Shown one piece after another: positions 28,660 through 32,569 of a stretch of 32,569 nucleotides of DNA. Made by a program: the position numbers and the translations under genes. The stretch's first letter is position 1. Each line of letters opens with the position of its first letter. This DNA comes from Trichomonas gallinae (taxonomy: Eukaryota), in the NCBI GenBank assembly GCA_008369845.1, contig MRSU01000638.1, positions 1 to 32,569 on the forward strand, given 5' to 3'. A model generated the notes under the pieces. It made no database searches and was not told the origin of the DNA. It was given only the letters and a program-made list of their open reading frames with translations.

Positions 28660-29016
28660 ATGGAAGAATTCATCAAATGTTCGTATAAGGGCGAAAGAAA
28701 TCAGGTAGGAACAATGGACGGAAAGGGCGAGTTTACATTTCCAAACGGAACTCGCTACGTTGGCGAGCTTATCGATGGCGAATTTCACGGAAAGGGAACA
28801 TTGTTCTTCCCAGGCCGTGGACGCTATGAAGCTGAATGGGATCATGGAACGGTTGTTTCTGGCCGTCTTTTCTTCGATGACGGACTCGAACACCAAAAAG
28901 AAAATTGGATTTACTGCTCAGAGCAAGATAGACGTTACTACAACGAAGTTACTGACGGACTTCATCCAGCTGGTGAATCATTCATCACTCCAATTCGCCA
29001 GGAAAACAAACAATAA
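28660..29016 (+). CDS. MORN5: MORN repeat protein 5 homolog
   Basis: Three MORN repeats (YKGE..MDGKGEFTFPNG, YVGELIDGEFHGKGTLFF, YEAEWDHG) plus the MORN5-type tail DGLEHQKENWIYCSEQDRRYYNEVTDGLHPAG. Confidence 0.85.
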   Translation: MEEFIKCSYKGERNQVGTMDGKGEFTFPNGTRYVGELIDGEFHGKGTLFFPGRGRYEAEWDHGTVVSGRLFFDDGLEHQKENWIYCSEQDRRYYNEVTDGLHPAGESFITPIRQENKQ

Positions 29017-29386
29017 TTTTTTTTCTATTATTAAATGTGTCTTGAATGAAAGTTTATACATGATTTATCTTTATTTGCTTATAGACAAACAATATACGAA
29101 ACAATTTTTGAAATCAAGTCAATATTTTGAAAATTCAAAATATTACTTCTGAGTAAACTAAATATTAGATTTTTATATCATTGTGTTCACAAGTAGTCTA
29201 TATCAAACTCACCAATTATATCATATACAAATATTAGAATGATTAATTCATTTTTTTTTTGGCTAAAATTGAATTATTTATAGTTACTCAGTGCTATTGG
29301 GTTGATATATTAGTGTTCTATGTATAAAAATGAGACGAATTTAAAATATATTTTTGTAGGTAGTAATTTTGGATAAATAGTATAGT

Positions 29387-29701
29387 TTATTGTGCTGGCT
29401 TAGAAGGAACAAATTTTCCGATCTTGAGTTTCTCGACAAAGGCAACATCCATTCCTCTGTGGAAATTGTTGAATGCCACTGTAATATCTGGATTCTTTCC
29501 TAAGAAGTGAGAAGAGCCTCCTGGGTGGTTGTAAACATATTGTGTCCAGTCATAAACATAGCCCTGTAAAATAACCCAGCAATCCTTTGGTGTTCTGTGC
29601 TGCATCACTTCCTCCATTGTGATGTCGCCTCTCCACTCGCACTGTTTAGCATTCTCACGCCATGCTTTCTGCATCTGGCGGCGGCGTTCATAAACATCCA
29701 T
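29387..29701 (-). CDS. Soluble cytochrome b5-like heme-binding protein
   Basis: ITMEEVMQHRTPKDCWVILQGYVYDWTQYVYNHPGG...DITVAFNNFH...KIG has both axial His residues and no TM anchor. The ATG is at 29701, preceded by an Inr-like TCACT (the track start 29722 is TTG). Confidence 0.92.
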   Translation of the reverse strand: MDVYERRRQMQKAWRENAKQCEWRGDITMEEVMQHRTPKDCWVILQGYVYDWTQYVYNHPGGSSHFLGKNPDITVAFNNFHRGMDVAFVEKLKIGKFVPSKPAQ

Positions 29702-29952
29702 TTTAAAATCTAAAAGTGACAAAAAATCTAAATTCTAAAATCTACAAACATTTTATTATAATTACGACCTGAGTACATAAATATATAATCAGTGCTGTCA
29801 ACAGGGCCCATATAACCTATATCTTATATCGATCAGCTTGGAAATAATTATTTTTTCCATTTGATCCCGCAAACTCGTTATTTTTTCTTGATCGGAAAAA
29901 GTGTCGCATTTTTCCCCATATGACGTTTTTTTTGACCAATAAACTCTGTCTC

Positions 29953-30080
29953 CGTCATGTAAAATATTTTTTGTCAAATAAACCAAATTTTTGTCGTGTA
30001 AGGAGTTATTGACAAATTATTTGATTTTTTGCCGCGTAAAACGTATTTTTGTCGTGTAAAATATGATTTTGTCACGTGTT
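29953..30080. promoter_or_regulatory. TGWCRYGTAAA cluster between the cNMP-binding gene stop and cytochrome b5
   Basis: Copies or variants at 29953, 29992, 30030, 30050 and 30070. Confidence 0.55.
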
Positions 30081-30084
30081 ATTC

Positions 30085-31680
30085 CTAAGCTCTTGAAGAT
30101 GCACTGCCGCCGAGACTAGACTTTTTCCTTGCGTAATTCAATTTTTCTTCACGGCGCTTTTGGATTTCTTCTGATCTTTGTGCTTCAGCTTGTACTCTGC
30201 TTTCGATTGCTTTCCTCATTTCATTCATCTTTCTCGTCTGAAAAGCTTTTTCTTTCTCTCTTCTTTTCATCTTTTCCCTCTCAATTGCTTCTAAGTCGCT
30301 GAAGCTTGATTTCCTTAATGGAGGGAATGGGTCATGCTCCTTGATTGACTTCGGGATTCCAGCCTTTCTCATTCCGTATTCGCCGTTCATTATCTGCCTT
30401 TCGAGCGCAATGACTTTCTTCGCTTCTTTCACACACTGGTTCTTGTAAGCAAGCCACTGAGCTGCCCTCTGCTTTTCGATCCACATTTCGATGATCTTCT
30501 GGTCGTCAGGCTGGTCAAGAATCCTCTCCTTGATCTTCTCGAGGTTGTTCTGCGTAATCGCTGACGTTAAGTCGTTCAGCTTAAGGTTGTGCAGCAAACA
30601 AGGCTCAGCGACTTTCAGAGTGAACTGGTGCTTGATCCACCCGTCTTCTAGGCGAGGGTCAGGGAACATTGTCTTAGGGCCGAGCTCAGCGATCTGAATA
30701 AGGTGCTGGCCGTGAGGAAGCCTGACTGCGAGGACATCGTCTTTAATGTCCTTGGAATTGTTGCCTTTGTAGTCCGAGAAGTTAACTAAACGGTGAACTG
30801 TGAGCTTTCCTTGAGCAACAACGAAGAATCCTTGAGTTTTCGCGCGCTCATTATCATAGAATGTTTTAATTTCGTTTTCTGTCTTTCCATTTGGATCGAA
30901 CTTGACTGGAACTGTAATTAGTGTCGTATGCTGCTTATCTAGGATAGTACCTGCTGGAAGATTGAAATCCACAGTATTTTCTGCAAGGCGAATGAAAGTA
31001 TCTCCTTCCTCACCATTGGCATCACGAACTGTGTGGAGAATCGAAAATTCTTTAATGTGCGATATAACATTTGCTCTTTTGATTAATTGCGTGCGTGCAA
31101 AGAATTTTGCAGTATCACGATAGATTTGGTTATCGACGCGAATAAGAATACTCGGCTGAGAAATGTAGATTGTAGCGTTACGAGGACAATCGTTAATTAA
31201 CGCGACAGATCCGAATTCCAGTTTCGGACCTGCTGTGAAGACTGCTCTGAAGAATTTGTCAGGTCCGTGCGCTTCTTTTAGCTTTTGGACCATGATTGGC
31301 GGCATATCGTTCATAAATGCATCGTCTGTGATGACTTTTACGACTTTACACTCGCCAGTAACGACAATGAACCAACCATTAGGCTCATCATCCTGTTTGA
31401 AAAGGATTGTGTTCGCAGGTCTTTCATCATAAACCATTTGGCGGCAAACTTCACGTCTCATCTGCTCAGAGTGGACAGCGTTCGTAAAGCAAGGCCATTT
31501 ACCGACTGTTGATAGCAATGTATCGACATCTTGATCAGTTCTTTCGGGCGATGGAATTTTTAAAGCTGCAATCATTTGATCAATTGTTTTTTCATTCGAA
31601 TGGTCAATGTTTTTCTTGCGTGGAACTAATAAAACCTTCGGGCGAAGACGACATGTAATTTCTAACTCTGCCGTACGCAT
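30085..31680 (-). CDS. Cyclic-nucleotide-binding domain protein (one clear and one degenerate CNB domain, coiled-coil tail)
   Basis: ALKIPSPERTDQDV, ILFKQDDEPNGWFIVVTGECKV and EFGSVALINDCPRNATI. The second domain reads GFFVVAQGKLTV...IAELGPKTMF. Confidence 0.85.
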   Translation of the reverse strand: MRTAELEITCRLRPKVLLVPRKKNIDHSNEKTIDQMIAALKIPSPERTDQDVDTLLSTVGKWPCFTNAVHSEQMRREVCRQMVYDERPANTILFKQDDEPNGWFIVVTGECKVVKVITDDAFMNDMPPIMVQKLKEAHGPDKFFRAVFTAGPKLEFGSVALINDCPRNATIYISQPSILIRVDNQIYRDTAKFFARTQLIKRANVISHIKEFSILHTVRDANGEEGDTFIRLAENTVDFNLPAGTILDKQHTTLITVPVKFDPNGKTENEIKTFYDNERAKTQGFFVVAQGKLTVHRLVNFSDYKGNNSKDIKDDVLAVRLPHGQHLIQIAELGPKTMFPDPRLEDGWIKHQFTLKVAEPCLLHNLKLNDLTSAITQNNLEKIKERILDQPDDQKIIEMWIEKQRAAQWLAYKNQCVKEAKKVIALERQIMNGEYGMRKAGIPKSIKEHDPFPPLRKSSFSDLEAIEREKMKRREKEKAFQTRKMNEMRKAIESRVQAEAQRSEEIQKRREEKLNYARKKSSLGGSASSRA

Positions 31681-31735
31681 AATTTAGATTACAAAGATTT
31701 TTTTTGATGCACGTTATTTCGAAAATTTTGACATT

Positions 31736-32090
31736 TTTACATGTCAAATATTTTACTTTACAAATTATATATTTTTGAAATATCAAAAAAATTCTCCATT
31801 TATGTAGTGTGGCAATAGATAGTTCTCACATATTTTTACTCCATATTCGGAATATAAGTAGGTATAACTACAATGATACATATTATAGGAGTTGAAAAGA
31901 TTTTCCTATAATTTGTCGCCCTACTTCTTTCAATAATTTTCATTGTCAAAAATCTTCTTTTCAATATCAAAAATTTTACATTGTCAAAACAAGTTTATAT
32001 GTCAAAAACATCACTTTACAAATCAAATTTTAATAATATTGTTAAAAATTTATGTAGGCAAACGCGGGAAATTTTTTTTGACAATGTAAA
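31736..32090. promoter_or_regulatory. TGWCRYGTAAA elements and spacer variants upstream of the cNMP-binding gene
   Basis: tttacatgtca 31736. The variants are tttacattgtca 31975, tttatatgtca 31994 and tgacaatgtaaa 32079. Confidence 0.5.
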
Positions 32091-32569
32091 ATATTTACAA
32101 ATCAAATATTTTATGGCTTTGTGAAAGAGTCTACTCATTTGGCATTTAATCGAGATTTATTCGATTTATGAATTAATACTCGATATTTCCTTGAACAAAC
32201 CACCCGACAAGCAACAGGAAGCTTTTATATACATTATCGATATATTGCAAATCCGTTTTATGGCATACGCTATGAGAATTGATCGAGATATTATCAAAGA
32301 AATAGTAATTTAGATTGAAACTATGATGCAGATACTTACTATTTTTTCGATTTTATAATGTTTGTTATTATGCAATAATTTCCCACAAAATACATTCCGC
32401 AGACTTATTGTATTAGTTATAATTAACGAGAACTAATATCGATATTTTATAAAAAGATTTACATTTTATGAAAGAATGACGTTCATTCTAACAGAGGTGT
32501 ACCAATGACGATAGAAATGACGTTAAAATCATAACGGTCCTAGAACTGAAGTCTTTTTGGAGCACAGAA

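Noticed and set aside
491..31680. Functional gene cluster or operon (two karyopherins; Did2, adaptin and KXD1-like; several flagellar genes)
   Set aside because: Orientations are mixed, the genes have separate promoters and unrelated genes are interspersed. These families are large in trichomonads, so co-occurrence is unremarkable.
502..31786. The many short antisense or alternate-frame ORFs in the track (e.g. 12669-13292, 27454-27996, 9688-10137, 15894-16301, 28760-29152)
   Set aside because: They are shadows of real CDSs with no recognisable motifs, and many begin at non-ATG codons.
32531..32542. ATAACGGTCCTA resembles bacterial 23S helix 69 / I-CeuI site
   Set aside because: Only 12 nt match and the flanks do not continue as rRNA.

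Overview
AT-rich eukaryotic genomic DNA with compact, apparently intronless genes. It most likely comes from a trichomonad parabasalid (Trichomonas-like). Evidence for this is a metazoan/plant-type bifunctional mRNA capping enzyme, a divergent Tim17-family protein, stop codons embedded in TAAA, and very short 5' leaders. There are 17 complete CDSs plus one partial. They encode an importin-beta, CFAP161, the capping enzyme, an ankyrin protein, a Rad23-like protein, a KxDL/KXD1-like protein, a PAP2-like membrane protein, a DUF4795/QRICH2-like coiled coil, a Grp170-like ER protein, an Lnt/nitrilase-like membrane protein, Did2/CHMP1, an AP-3-delta-like adaptin, Tim17-like, CRM1-like, MORN5, cytochrome b5 and a cNMP-binding protein. 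I see no prokaryotic-type system, transposon or CRISPR array. The strongest unexplained signals are non-coding. (1) An 11-bp element TGWC-RY-GTAAA is clustered about 25 times in intergenic DNA, mostly just upstream of start codons, with orphan clusters that suggest unannotated transcripts. (2) A roughly 200-nt multi-hairpin segment at 17657-17859 has H/ACA snoRNA geometry and a plausible LSU rRNA helix-69/70 target. Several proteins look like catalytically dead or highly divergent family members. All family calls come from recalled motif similarity by eye; no searches were run.
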